From an uncultured Fidelibacterota bacterium (GTDB lineage Bacteria; Fidelibacterota; Marinisomatia; Marinisomatales; Marinisomataceae), in assembly GCA_902526795.1 (NCBI GenBank), contig CABZMF010000001.1, positions 71,458-135,457 on the forward strand: a DNA stretch of 64,000 nucleotides, in the 5' to 3' direction. Positions 38,367 through 46,297 of this stretch are shown here, piece by piece (the stretch's first letter is position 1; each line of letters starts with the position of its first letter). The position numbers were made by a program, and so were the translations under genes. The notes below the pieces were generated by a model. The model was not told the DNA's origin and made no database searches. It worked only from the letters and a program-made list of their open reading frames with translations.

Positions 38367-38918
38367 ATGAAGCTTTTAATTATGGGTCCCCCAGGTGCTG
38401 GTAAAGGAACACAGGCTAAAATCTTAGCTCAAAAATTTAGTCTTGTTCATCTATCAACAGGAGATATCCTTAGAAATGAGATTGATAAAGCTTCATCAGT
38501 AGGTTTAAAAGCACAAACTTATATGAACGCAGGCAACCTTGTTCCTGATGATGTGTTATTAGAAATGATGAATTCCACTTTAAGTAGATTGAAAGATCAG
38601 GGAGTTATTCTGGATGGTTTTCCAAGGACCATTCCTCAAGCTGAAGGTCTTTCAAAAATTTTTAAATCTTTAAATCAAGTGATTGATGGAATTATAAATA
38701 TTGAGGTTGATAAGAATGTTTTAATAAATCGCCTGGTTGAAAGGGCTAAAAAATCTGGAAGAGCCGATGATACGGAAGAAGTAATCATTAATCGTCAAAA
38801 TGTTTATTTAGAACTAACCGCACCCCTAATTGAATTTTATAAAGATAATTTATTAAGTATCAATGGAGACGGATCCATTGAGAAAGTGACTGAAAGAATT
38901 TTAACACGTATTCAATAA
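38367..38918 (+). CDS. adk: Adenylate kinase (short-lid form)
   Basis: 183 aa. GPPGAGKGTQA P-loop, HLSTGDILR, LDGFPRT, and a short lid (RAKKSGRADDTEE) without a Cys4 zinc site. Confidence 0.93.
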   Translation: MKLLIMGPPGAGKGTQAKILAQKFSLVHLSTGDILRNEIDKASSVGLKAQTYMNAGNLVPDDVLLEMMNSTLSRLKDQGVILDGFPRTIPQAEGLSKIFKSLNQVIDGIINIEVDKNVLINRLVERAKKSGRADDTEEVIINRQNVYLELTAPLIEFYKDNLLSINGDGSIEKVTERILTRIQ

Positions 38919-39508
38919 TGAAGGTTATTGGCATTACTGGCGGAATAGCATCAGGCAAAAGTACATTATCCTCTTATCTAAAAAATAAATATCAAGCCTA
39001 TATTTTTAATGCAGATAAAGAAGCTAAATTATTACTTCATTCAAAACCGATAACTGACAAAATAAAGAAAGCATTTCCTGAACTTTTAGATTTATCTAAG
39101 AATTCTATATCTAATGAGGTTTTTAAAAATGAGGAATCACAAAAAAAAATAAATAAGATTATTCATCCAATTATTAGCGATTTAATTACGCAAAGAATCA
39201 ATGATAAAAAAGATACAAATACTCTATTTGTAATTGATGCAGCTTTAATAATAGAATCTGGAATGTTTAAAAAGTATGCTAATAATGGATCAAAATTAAT
39301 TCTACTCATTGCAGATAAAGATTTAAGATTAAAAAGAGCGTTAGGAAGAGGAAATCTATCTAAACAGACTATAAAAGATAGAATGAAATTGCAAATGGAA
39401 GATAATCAAAAAATGAAATATGCAGATTTCGTTATTGAAAATAATTCAACAAAATCTAAACTTTATGGTATTATAGATGAAATAATTGAAAAAATAGCTC
39501 ATGAATAA
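38918..39508 (+). CDS. coaE: Dephospho-CoA kinase
   Basis: 196 aa. IGITGGIASGKST P-loop, IHPII and DAALIIESG motifs. TAATG junction with adk. Confidence 0.85.
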   Translation: MKVIGITGGIASGKSTLSSYLKNKYQAYIFNADKEAKLLLHSKPITDKIKKAFPELLDLSKNSISNEVFKNEESQKKINKIIHPIISDLITQRINDKKDTNTLFVIDAALIIESGMFKKYANNGSKLILLIADKDLRLKRALGRGNLSKQTIKDRMKLQMEDNQKMKYADFVIENNSTKSKLYGIIDEIIEKIAHE

Positions 39509-40469
39509 TTTTTTCAAAATACTATTTATTTCTTTAATAATGATTGGTTGTTCTTCGGATGTAGAATCTGAAAATATTCTAACCAGTGATGATTCTGATA
39601 ATGGAAGTGGAGGTGGATTTATAGGTGGTGGGAATGAAACTACTACGGAATTAAATGTTGAGTTAATTACTACTTATAATGAACAAACTGCATCTTTTTC
39701 TACGTCATTTGGAAATTATCAAAGAAGCTTTATTGTACATGTACCACCAAACTTTGATTTTGAAACTCAATCTTTACCATTACTATTTGTTCTACATGGC
39801 TATACAGGTCAAGCACCAATCATTAGACAGTATTCAGGCTTTGATCAAATTTCTAATCGAGAAAATTTTATTGTTGTCTATGTGCAGGGGACAACTGATG
39901 CATTTGGTAATACTGGATGGAATGTAAATGTTGTTCCAACATTTAGTTATGTTGACGACGTTGGTCTTTTTAAAGCGCTCATTAAATATTTTAAAGCAAA
40001 CTATAATATTGACAGCTCAAAAATATTTTCAACAGGAATGTCATTAGGTGGATTTATGAGCTATCGCTTAGCTTGTGAACTTGATGAAATAAATAGCATA
40101 GGGTCAGTTACTGGCTCAATGGCAGGTTATTATAATTGTAATCCTCCTAAAAAAACTAGTATAATCCATTTTCATGGAACCTCAGATAATACAGTGCCAT
40201 ATGATGGTGTTGAATGGAGTTTAGCAGCGAAGAATGCTCATAGTTTTTGGAGTGTTCACAATCAATGTTCTTCACAAACTGAAATTAATCTCCCTGATTT
40301 TAATGGAGATGGTAGAATCACAAAAAGATTGATATCATACAATTGTGAAGAAGAAAGAGCTGTTGAATTATATTCATTAGAAGGAGATGGTCATATATGG
40401 TTTAATAGGGCGTGGGGACACGACATAAATGCATCTGAATTGTTATGGCAGTTTTTTAAAAATCAATAA
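39501..40469 (+). CDS. Secreted lipoprotein esterase, PHB-depolymerase/LpqC-like alpha/beta hydrolase
   Basis: 322 aa. Lipobox (LIMIGCSS), LHGYTGQ, nucleophile elbow GMSLGG, FHGTSDNTVPY. Confidence 0.65.
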   Translation: MNNFFKILFISLIMIGCSSDVESENILTSDDSDNGSGGGFIGGGNETTTELNVELITTYNEQTASFSTSFGNYQRSFIVHVPPNFDFETQSLPLLFVLHGYTGQAPIIRQYSGFDQISNRENFIVVYVQGTTDAFGNTGWNVNVVPTFSYVDDVGLFKALIKYFKANYNIDSSKIFSTGMSLGGFMSYRLACELDEINSIGSVTGSMAGYYNCNPPKKTSIIHFHGTSDNTVPYDGVEWSLAAKNAHSFWSVHNQCSSQTEINLPDFNGDGRITKRLISYNCEEERAVELYSLEGDGHIWFNRAWGHDINASELLWQFFKNQ

Positions 40470-41053
40470 TGATTACTAAAGATCATATAGTATTTTTATC
40501 TAAATCAGATAAGATTTTAAAAAAAATAATAGAGAATAATAAAATACCAATGATTTCAAAATCTAAAGATTTTGTTCTCGATTTATACAAGTATATAATC
40601 TTCCAACAGATTTCCACCAAAGCTGGAAACAGTGTTTTTAAACGATTTTTAGAATATTATGAAAAAAATAAAGACAATATTTCAATTTGGAATGAAAATG
40701 AATGGAAAAATATTGGATTATCTCATCAAAAAAAAGGTTATATAGAAAATATTTATCATACTAGACAAACAATTTATGATTTAGAAAAAAGTAATGATAT
40801 AAACAATATTAGAAATCAACTAATTAAAATAAAAGGTATTGGCAATTGGACAATAGATATGTTTTTGATTTTTTCTAAAGGCTACCTTGATATTTTCCCA
40901 GAAGGAGACTTAGCATTAATCAATGTAATTAAAAATAAGTACCAAGTTGATTCTATGAAAGAAATCCTTGAAATATCTAAAAAGTGGTCTCCTTATAAAA
41001 CTGTAGCTACTCTGTATTTATGGGAATCTTTGGATGACGATTTCCCTAATTGA
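40469..41053 (+). CDS. DNA-3-methyladenine glycosylase II-type HhH-GPD protein (AlkA-like, short)
   Basis: 194 aa. HhH-GPD motif (LIKIKGIGNWTIDMFLIF) and catalytic-Asp region (FPEGDLAL). Confidence 0.7.
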   Translation: MITKDHIVFLSKSDKILKKIIENNKIPMISKSKDFVLDLYKYIIFQQISTKAGNSVFKRFLEYYEKNKDNISIWNENEWKNIGLSHQKKGYIENIYHTRQTIYDLEKSNDINNIRNQLIKIKGIGNWTIDMFLIFSKGYLDIFPEGDLALINVIKNKYQVDSMKEILEISKKWSPYKTVATLYLWESLDDDFPN

Positions 41054-41939
41054 AGTCCGATAATTTATATTGAAGAAAAAAATCAACCAATTCTTTGCTA
41101 GAATTTATTTCATGATTGTTTTTTCCAAAAAATAATCTCAGTATAGACCAATCTGAGATGTGTGAACCAAGCCATAAATGCCCACCATCAACTACCTTTA
41201 AATGAATTACTTTTGTGTTAGAATTATTTTTACTGTAAGTATGCTTTTGAGCAGATGTACGATCCATTTTATGAATATCTTCTATATTTTCAACTACTTT
41301 TATATCTAATTGATTGTACTCAGCCCAAAAATTAACTGATTCTACTGTACTTAAAAAATTTCGATCTGATTTATAATATTTTTGTAACCTATCTTTGGTA
41401 CCATGAATGTGAATTAGTGGAACTTCTCTATTTATATTACACACCCTTTTTTGATTTATGCTAAAGTTACCTCCAACAGATCCAAATGCAGCTATTTTGT
41501 TTGAAAGACCACAAATCAGTTCATAAGAAAAAGTACCACCATTTGAAAATCCACAAGCATATATACGATCAGAATCAACATTATATTTTGATGAGACTGA
41601 ATCAATAAGCGCCTTTGTAAAACCAATATCATTTTCATTATTTGGAATAGCTATACCCACATTCCATGATTTTTTAAAACCTTCAGGATAAATTACTCCA
41701 ACACCATTTTGATGAGCATAATCATCCATTTGTGAAAATACTCTTTGCTCAATTGCATTACTTCTATAACCATGGAAATTGATAATTAGAGGAATGGGTT
41801 TTGATTTATCCTTAGGCATTGATACATAGTATTCTCTTATCTTTCCATCAAAATTTATTAGATATTTTTTAGGAGAAATTTCAGGTTTTACTCCTGCAAA
41901 AAGAAAAAACGTAAGAAAAACCATAAAGATTTTATTCAT
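41046..41939 (-). CDS. Secreted esterase, PHB-depolymerase/LpqC-like alpha/beta hydrolase (paralogue of 39501-40469)
   Basis: 297 aa. Signal peptide, FHGYRSN, nucleophile elbow GFSNGG, IHGTKD. Confidence 0.65.
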   Translation of the reverse strand: MNKIFMVFLTFFLFAGVKPEISPKKYLINFDGKIREYYVSMPKDKSKPIPLIINFHGYRSNAIEQRVFSQMDDYAHQNGVGVIYPEGFKKSWNVGIAIPNNENDIGFTKALIDSVSSKYNVDSDRIYACGFSNGGTFSYELICGLSNKIAAFGSVGGNFSINQKRVCNINREVPLIHIHGTKDRLQKYYKSDRNFLSTVESVNFWAEYNQLDIKVVENIEDIHKMDRTSAQKHTYSKNNSNTKVIHLKVVDGGHLWLGSHISDWSILRLFFGKNNHEINSSKELVDFFLQYKLSDFN

Positions 41940-41941
41940 AA

Positions 41942-42808
41942 TTAAAATAACTCATTTGTTAGACAGTGCACGGATCCACCACTAAGATTAAATTGTGATA
42001 CTGAAGTAAAATCAAATGTTATATCATTTTCTAATCCGAAATCTATAATTGTTTTGTGGTTGAGTTTTTCACTTGATATAAAAAGCCCAGGCAATGTAAG
42101 GCCATTCATAGCAGTTCTAAAACTAATAGATTTTTGAATATTTTGGTGTTCTACTTCAATTACATCCCAATGATTTTTATCACAAATATTCTTTAAGTTT
42201 TTAAACTCATTCCTGTTAAATACTTCTTTGGCACATATAATTCCAATACAATCATATTCACTATTAAAAAGCGGAGCAATTGATGTATCTAAGTGGTACC
42301 CTCTAGAATTAATTATAAAAAGATTAGATACATTTAATTTTTCTGCCATCTGTTCTGCTCCTTTTAAGTTATTTCGATTTTGACCAGCTAATAGAATATT
42401 TTCTTTAGATAAATAAAAAAATTCACCACCTTCAGCTACACAATCTTCATCAAGATATGATATTTTATAATTAAGATTTTCTAAAGGCGATATTGTGGAT
42501 TTTCCTTCATTCATCCTCTCAAATAATTTCATATTACATATAACAATTTCTTTGCTTGTATTGCATAAAAAATGATCACGCATAAAAACAAAATCATACT
42601 TTTTATTTTTTTCTAAACCTCGCTCAAATGGAATACTAACTGTATCTAAAAAATGTTTATTTAATATTTTGATTAAGCCTTCATGTTCCTTTTTTAGTAG
42701 AGATTGATTTGGAATAGCACCATCGCTCATCATATCATTATCATGATATGCTTTAATACCTTCATTCCACCAACCATTTTTAGGTAAAGAGCTTATCGCT
42801 ATTTTCAT
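41942..42808 (-). CDS. Amidinotransferase / dimethylarginine dimethylaminohydrolase / arginine deiminase-superfamily (GME) enzyme
   Basis: 288 aa. FMRD, AEGGEF, YHLDT and C-terminal catalytic-Cys motif GGSVHCLTNE. Confidence 0.65.
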   Translation of the reverse strand: MKIAISSLPKNGWWNEGIKAYHDNDMMSDGAIPNQSLLKKEHEGLIKILNKHFLDTVSIPFERGLEKNKKYDFVFMRDHFLCNTSKEIVICNMKLFERMNEGKSTISPLENLNYKISYLDEDCVAEGGEFFYLSKENILLAGQNRNNLKGAEQMAEKLNVSNLFIINSRGYHLDTSIAPLFNSEYDCIGIICAKEVFNRNEFKNLKNICDKNHWDVIEVEHQNIQKSISFRTAMNGLTLPGLFISSEKLNHKTIIDFGLENDITFDFTSVSQFNLSGGSVHCLTNELF

Positions 42809-42877
42809 TGATAAAAATTCTCCAAAGTATAAAAACTTACAATTTTTAAATTAACTTTATAAGATTAAATTACATCG

Positions 42878-43600
42878 ATGAATAAAGATATTTTAACAGT
42901 AAAAGACCTAAATAAATATTTACCTGCCTTAAAAACAGAAATTGATATTTATTTTAAGGACAAATTGAGAGAGGGTTTATACAAGTCTGACGCATTAGTT
43001 GGTTTAAAAAAAATTCCAAGTGAATCAATTGACTTAATTATTACAGAACCAAAATTAGATCCAAGCAGAACTTTGTCATATTCAGAATATATTAAATGGA
43101 TTGAAGCATGGATAAAAGAATGCAAAAGGGTTTTAACGACAAGTGGATCAATCTATATTATTTGTCCTTGGAAATCATCATCTTTATATCATTCAGTTTT
43201 AGGAAAAAACTTTATTATCCAGTCTAGAATTACTGCAGAAATGCAGATAGAAAATATTGAGCTGTCACAATGGAACAATAAGATTTCTGATATTTGGTTT
43301 GCTACAAAAACCAACGATTATATCTTTAATCAGAATTATATCGTAAATGGTAAAAATATCAATAATCCTAAACCAGAAGAAATAAAAGATAACCTGTGGT
43401 TTCATTTAGACTATGAAAAAATTATTCATAGAATTATCAAAGCGAGTAGTTTCAAATTAAATTGGGTACTAGATCCATTTATGAATGTTGGTGCGGTGGG
43501 AGTAGTTTCCAAAAAGAGAGGAAGAAGATTCATTGGATTCGAATCAAACCAAGATCAAATTTTATTAGCAATGAAAACGATTAACGAAAGAGCAGCATAA
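42878..43600 (+). CDS. Beta-class (N6/N4) DNA methyltransferase homologue with degenerate catalytic and SAM-binding motifs
   Basis: 240 aa, collinear with CcrM/M.RsrI-type methyltransferases. IDLIITEPKLD stands where IDLIxxDPPYN is expected, and LDPFMNVGAVGVVSKKRGRRFIGFE where LDPFxGSGTTGxxAxxLGRxxIGxE is expected. Confidence 0.6.
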   Translation: MNKDILTVKDLNKYLPALKTEIDIYFKDKLREGLYKSDALVGLKKIPSESIDLIITEPKLDPSRTLSYSEYIKWIEAWIKECKRVLTTSGSIYIICPWKSSSLYHSVLGKNFIIQSRITAEMQIENIELSQWNNKISDIWFATKTNDYIFNQNYIVNGKNINNPKPEEIKDNLWFHLDYEKIIHRIIKASSFKLNWVLDPFMNVGAVGVVSKKRGRRFIGFESNQDQILLAMKTINERAA

Positions 43601-44037
43601 TGTTAAAAAAAATTGAAAAAGATATGATGCAAGCCTTGAAAAATAAAGAAAAAGAGAAAGCAGGGGCATTAAGATTATTAATATCCAGATGTAAAAATAA
43701 ATCAATTGAGTTGGGCCACGAACTTTCAGAACAGGAGGTAATTAAAGTCCTTCAAACAGCTGCAAAGCAACATAAGGAGTCCATAAAAATGTATAAAAAA
43801 GGTAATAGAGATGATCTAGTTTCTCTCGAAATGAAAGAATTAAATTTTGTTGAAAACTACCTTCCTTCTATGATGAATATCGATGAAGTTCGAGCTATAA
43901 TAATTGAGGTCATTAATGAAGTTGGGGCATCTCAAATGTCTGACTTTGGCAAAGTTATGCCAAAGGTTATGAAAAAAGGAGCTGGAAAAATTGATGGTAA
44001 CATAGCTCAGTCCATCGTAAAAGAATTATTATCTTAG
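43600..44037 (+). CDS. yqeY: GatB/YqeY domain-containing protein
   Basis: 145 aa. Typical YqeY sequence (DMMQALKNKEKEKAGALRLLIS...MSDFGKVMPKVMKKGAGKIDG). Confidence 0.8.
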   Translation: MLKKIEKDMMQALKNKEKEKAGALRLLISRCKNKSIELGHELSEQEVIKVLQTAAKQHKESIKMYKKGNRDDLVSLEMKELNFVENYLPSMMNIDEVRAIIIEVINEVGASQMSDFGKVMPKVMKKGAGKIDGNIAQSIVKELLS

Positions 44038-44039
44038 TT

Positions 44040-44501
44040 ATGATAGATTTCCTTTTTTTAATGATAATTATCATCATGGGTATTCTTGGAATGAGAAAGG
44101 GATTCGTCGAGTCCTTCACAGACTTTTTAAATTTGGCAGTTTGCGTGTTAGTAGCACTATCATTTTACGTCGACCTTTCTTTTTTTATTTCTAAATATAT
44201 CTCGGTAAATGAAACAATTATTATTTTTTTTTCAATTGCTTCAATTTTCATATTTTCTTTATTAGTATTACGTTTATTTACCAGCTTTTTATTATTTCTG
44301 TTCGATGGCAGTATATCATCCTATAAAATATTAAACACGATTTTCGGTTTTTTTATTGGCGGAATGAAAGGAATTTTATGCTTAGTATTATTTTCAGGTA
44401 TATTTGAAAAATATATTTCAATTAGACTTTATGAAATTTTATTTGAACAGTCAAAAATTCTTGTTTTACTGGAACCCCTTAAAGGCTATATTTTTGGTTA
44501 A
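44040..44501 (+). CDS. cvpA: CvpA-family membrane protein
   Basis: 153 aa with 4 TM helices. N-terminus (DFLFLMIIIIMGILGMRKGFVESF) typical of CvpA. Confidence 0.6.
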   Translation: MIDFLFLMIIIIMGILGMRKGFVESFTDFLNLAVCVLVALSFYVDLSFFISKYISVNETIIIFFSIASIFIFSLLVLRLFTSFLLFLFDGSISSYKILNTIFGFFIGGMKGILCLVLFSGIFEKYISIRLYEILFEQSKILVLLEPLKGYIFG

Positions 44502-46240
44502 TGAGAAGAATAGCACAAGAAACAATTAATAGAGTTTTAGAAGAAGTAGACATCTTTGAAGTTATCTCGCAGTATGTAGACTTAAAAAAAAGAGGTAAAA
44601 ATTATTTTGGTTTAAGCCCTTTTCGATCAGAGACAAAACCTTCTTTTAGCGTATCACCTGATAAAAACATGTGGTATGATTTTGGATCGGGGCAGGGAGG
44701 AAATGCAGTTAGTTTCCTTATTGAGTATGAAAAAGTTAGTTTTTCTGAAGCAGTACGTTCTCTTGCAGAAAAATATAATATAGAAATCATAGAAGTTGGA
44801 GATAAGCAACAAAGCAATCTTTATGACCAATTATATGAGATTCATAATCTTGCTAATCTATTTTTTACAAATAATCTATTTTCAAAATCTGGATTAAAAG
44901 CTAAGAAGTATTTATTTGATAGATTTTTTGATGATAAAATTATAAAAAAATTTAGTATAGGATTTGCAGGTGATTCTTGGGACCTGTTATACAAAGAACT
45001 AAATAAAAAGTTTAATAAAGAAGTTATTGACAAGTCTGGATTATTTTCAAAGAGCAAAAAAGGATATATAGATCGATTTAGAAATAGAATAATCTTTCCT
45101 TTTTTTAGCCCATCAGGAAAAGTGATTGGATTTAGCGGAAGAAGTTTATCAGATAAAGAAGATGTGAAATATCTTAATTCGCCAGAAACTCCGTTATTTC
45201 AAAAAAGTAAAGTTTTTTACGGTTCATATCAAACTATGCCTGAAATCAGAAAAATGAATCATGTTTTGCTTGTTGAAGGTCAGACTGATTTTTTGAGATT
45301 ATATCAAAGGGGATTTAATAATGTTTTAGCCACTTCAGGTACAGCTTTTTCTTCCAGACATGCAGTTGCTTTAAACAAATATACTAATAGGGTTATCTTA
45401 ACTTATGATTCTGATAATGCTGGAATTAATGCAGCAATTAGAACTGGATATATTTTATTACAAAATGGTTTTGAAGTTAGAATTCTAGATTTAGGTAATG
45501 AATTAGATCCTGATGATTATTTTAAGTTGAAAGAGAATAGTAATTCATCATTTAAACAATTAATAAAAGATGCTTCTCACCCAATAAACTACATTGTTAA
45601 TAAAAAAAATATTTTGAATAAGGGAGCCGCTGATAGATCAAAGTTCTTAAATGAATGTATTGAAGAAATAAAACTTGTAAATGATTTAATTATTAGAAAT
45701 GATTTAATTAAAAGATTGTCAAACGAATTAGGTGTTATTGAGAGTGAAGTGTTAAATCGATTTGATAAAATTTCTATAAGAAAAAGAGTTAAAGATAAAG
45801 ACGATAATAAAGAAACTTCTTTTCGATTATATGATTCAAAATCTGATAAAGCACAAATAGAAATTCTAAAGTTACTAATTCATGACCCTTCTTTAGCAGA
45901 AAATGTTACATTATCTTTATTTGATAATAAGCTATGTTATAATATTGTAAAGACAGTTAAAGATAATCATCAAAAATACAATAATATTGCCCAATTACTA
46001 GAGTTAATTGGAGATAGTCCCGAAGAAAGAAATCTAATAGCAGCTTTGTCTGTGGATATACCTGAAAAAGATAGTCAAGATAGTATTTTAAAGGATTGTA
46101 TTATTACGTTAGAAAATATATCTATCAAAAGAGAAATAAATCAGATTAGAAATCAGATTCGTATTATAGAAGATAACAATAAAAGTCTTGATACTAATTT
46201 GATTCGTAAACTTCAGGAACTTCAAAAAAAAGTTATATAA
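44501..46240 (+). CDS. dnaG: DNA primase DnaG (zinc-binding domain lacks all four zinc ligands)
   Basis: 579 aa. ZBD-like N-terminus (KPSFSVSPDK...GNAVSFL), RNA polymerase domain (RFRNRIIFPF, GFSGR, KYLNSPETPLFQKS), TOPRIM (LLVEGQTDFL...YDSDNAG). Confidence 0.9.
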   Translation: MRRIAQETINRVLEEVDIFEVISQYVDLKKRGKNYFGLSPFRSETKPSFSVSPDKNMWYDFGSGQGGNAVSFLIEYEKVSFSEAVRSLAEKYNIEIIEVGDKQQSNLYDQLYEIHNLANLFFTNNLFSKSGLKAKKYLFDRFFDDKIIKKFSIGFAGDSWDLLYKELNKKFNKEVIDKSGLFSKSKKGYIDRFRNRIIFPFFSPSGKVIGFSGRSLSDKEDVKYLNSPETPLFQKSKVFYGSYQTMPEIRKMNHVLLVEGQTDFLRLYQRGFNNVLATSGTAFSSRHAVALNKYTNRVILTYDSDNAGINAAIRTGYILLQNGFEVRILDLGNELDPDDYFKLKENSNSSFKQLIKDASHPINYIVNKKNILNKGAADRSKFLNECIEEIKLVNDLIIRNDLIKRLSNELGVIESEVLNRFDKISIRKRVKDKDDNKETSFRLYDSKSDKAQIEILKLLIHDPSLAENVTLSLFDNKLCYNIVKTVKDNHQKYNNIAQLLELIGDSPEERNLIAALSVDIPEKDSQDSILKDCIITLENISIKREINQIRNQIRIIEDNNKSLDTNLIRKLQELQKKVI

Positions 46241-46243
46241 AAT

Positions 46244-46269
46244 AAAAGCCCTCTATTAAGAGGGCTTTT
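46244..46269. terminator. Bidirectional intrinsic terminator between convergent dnaG and the TonB-dependent receptor gene
   Basis: Perfect 11-bp stem AAAAGCCCTCT / AGAGGGCTTTT with a 4-nt loop ATTA. A/T runs on both flanks give a U-tract in either orientation. Confidence 0.8.
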
Positions 46270-46297
46270 ATTATTTAATAATTAGATATTAGTCAAC

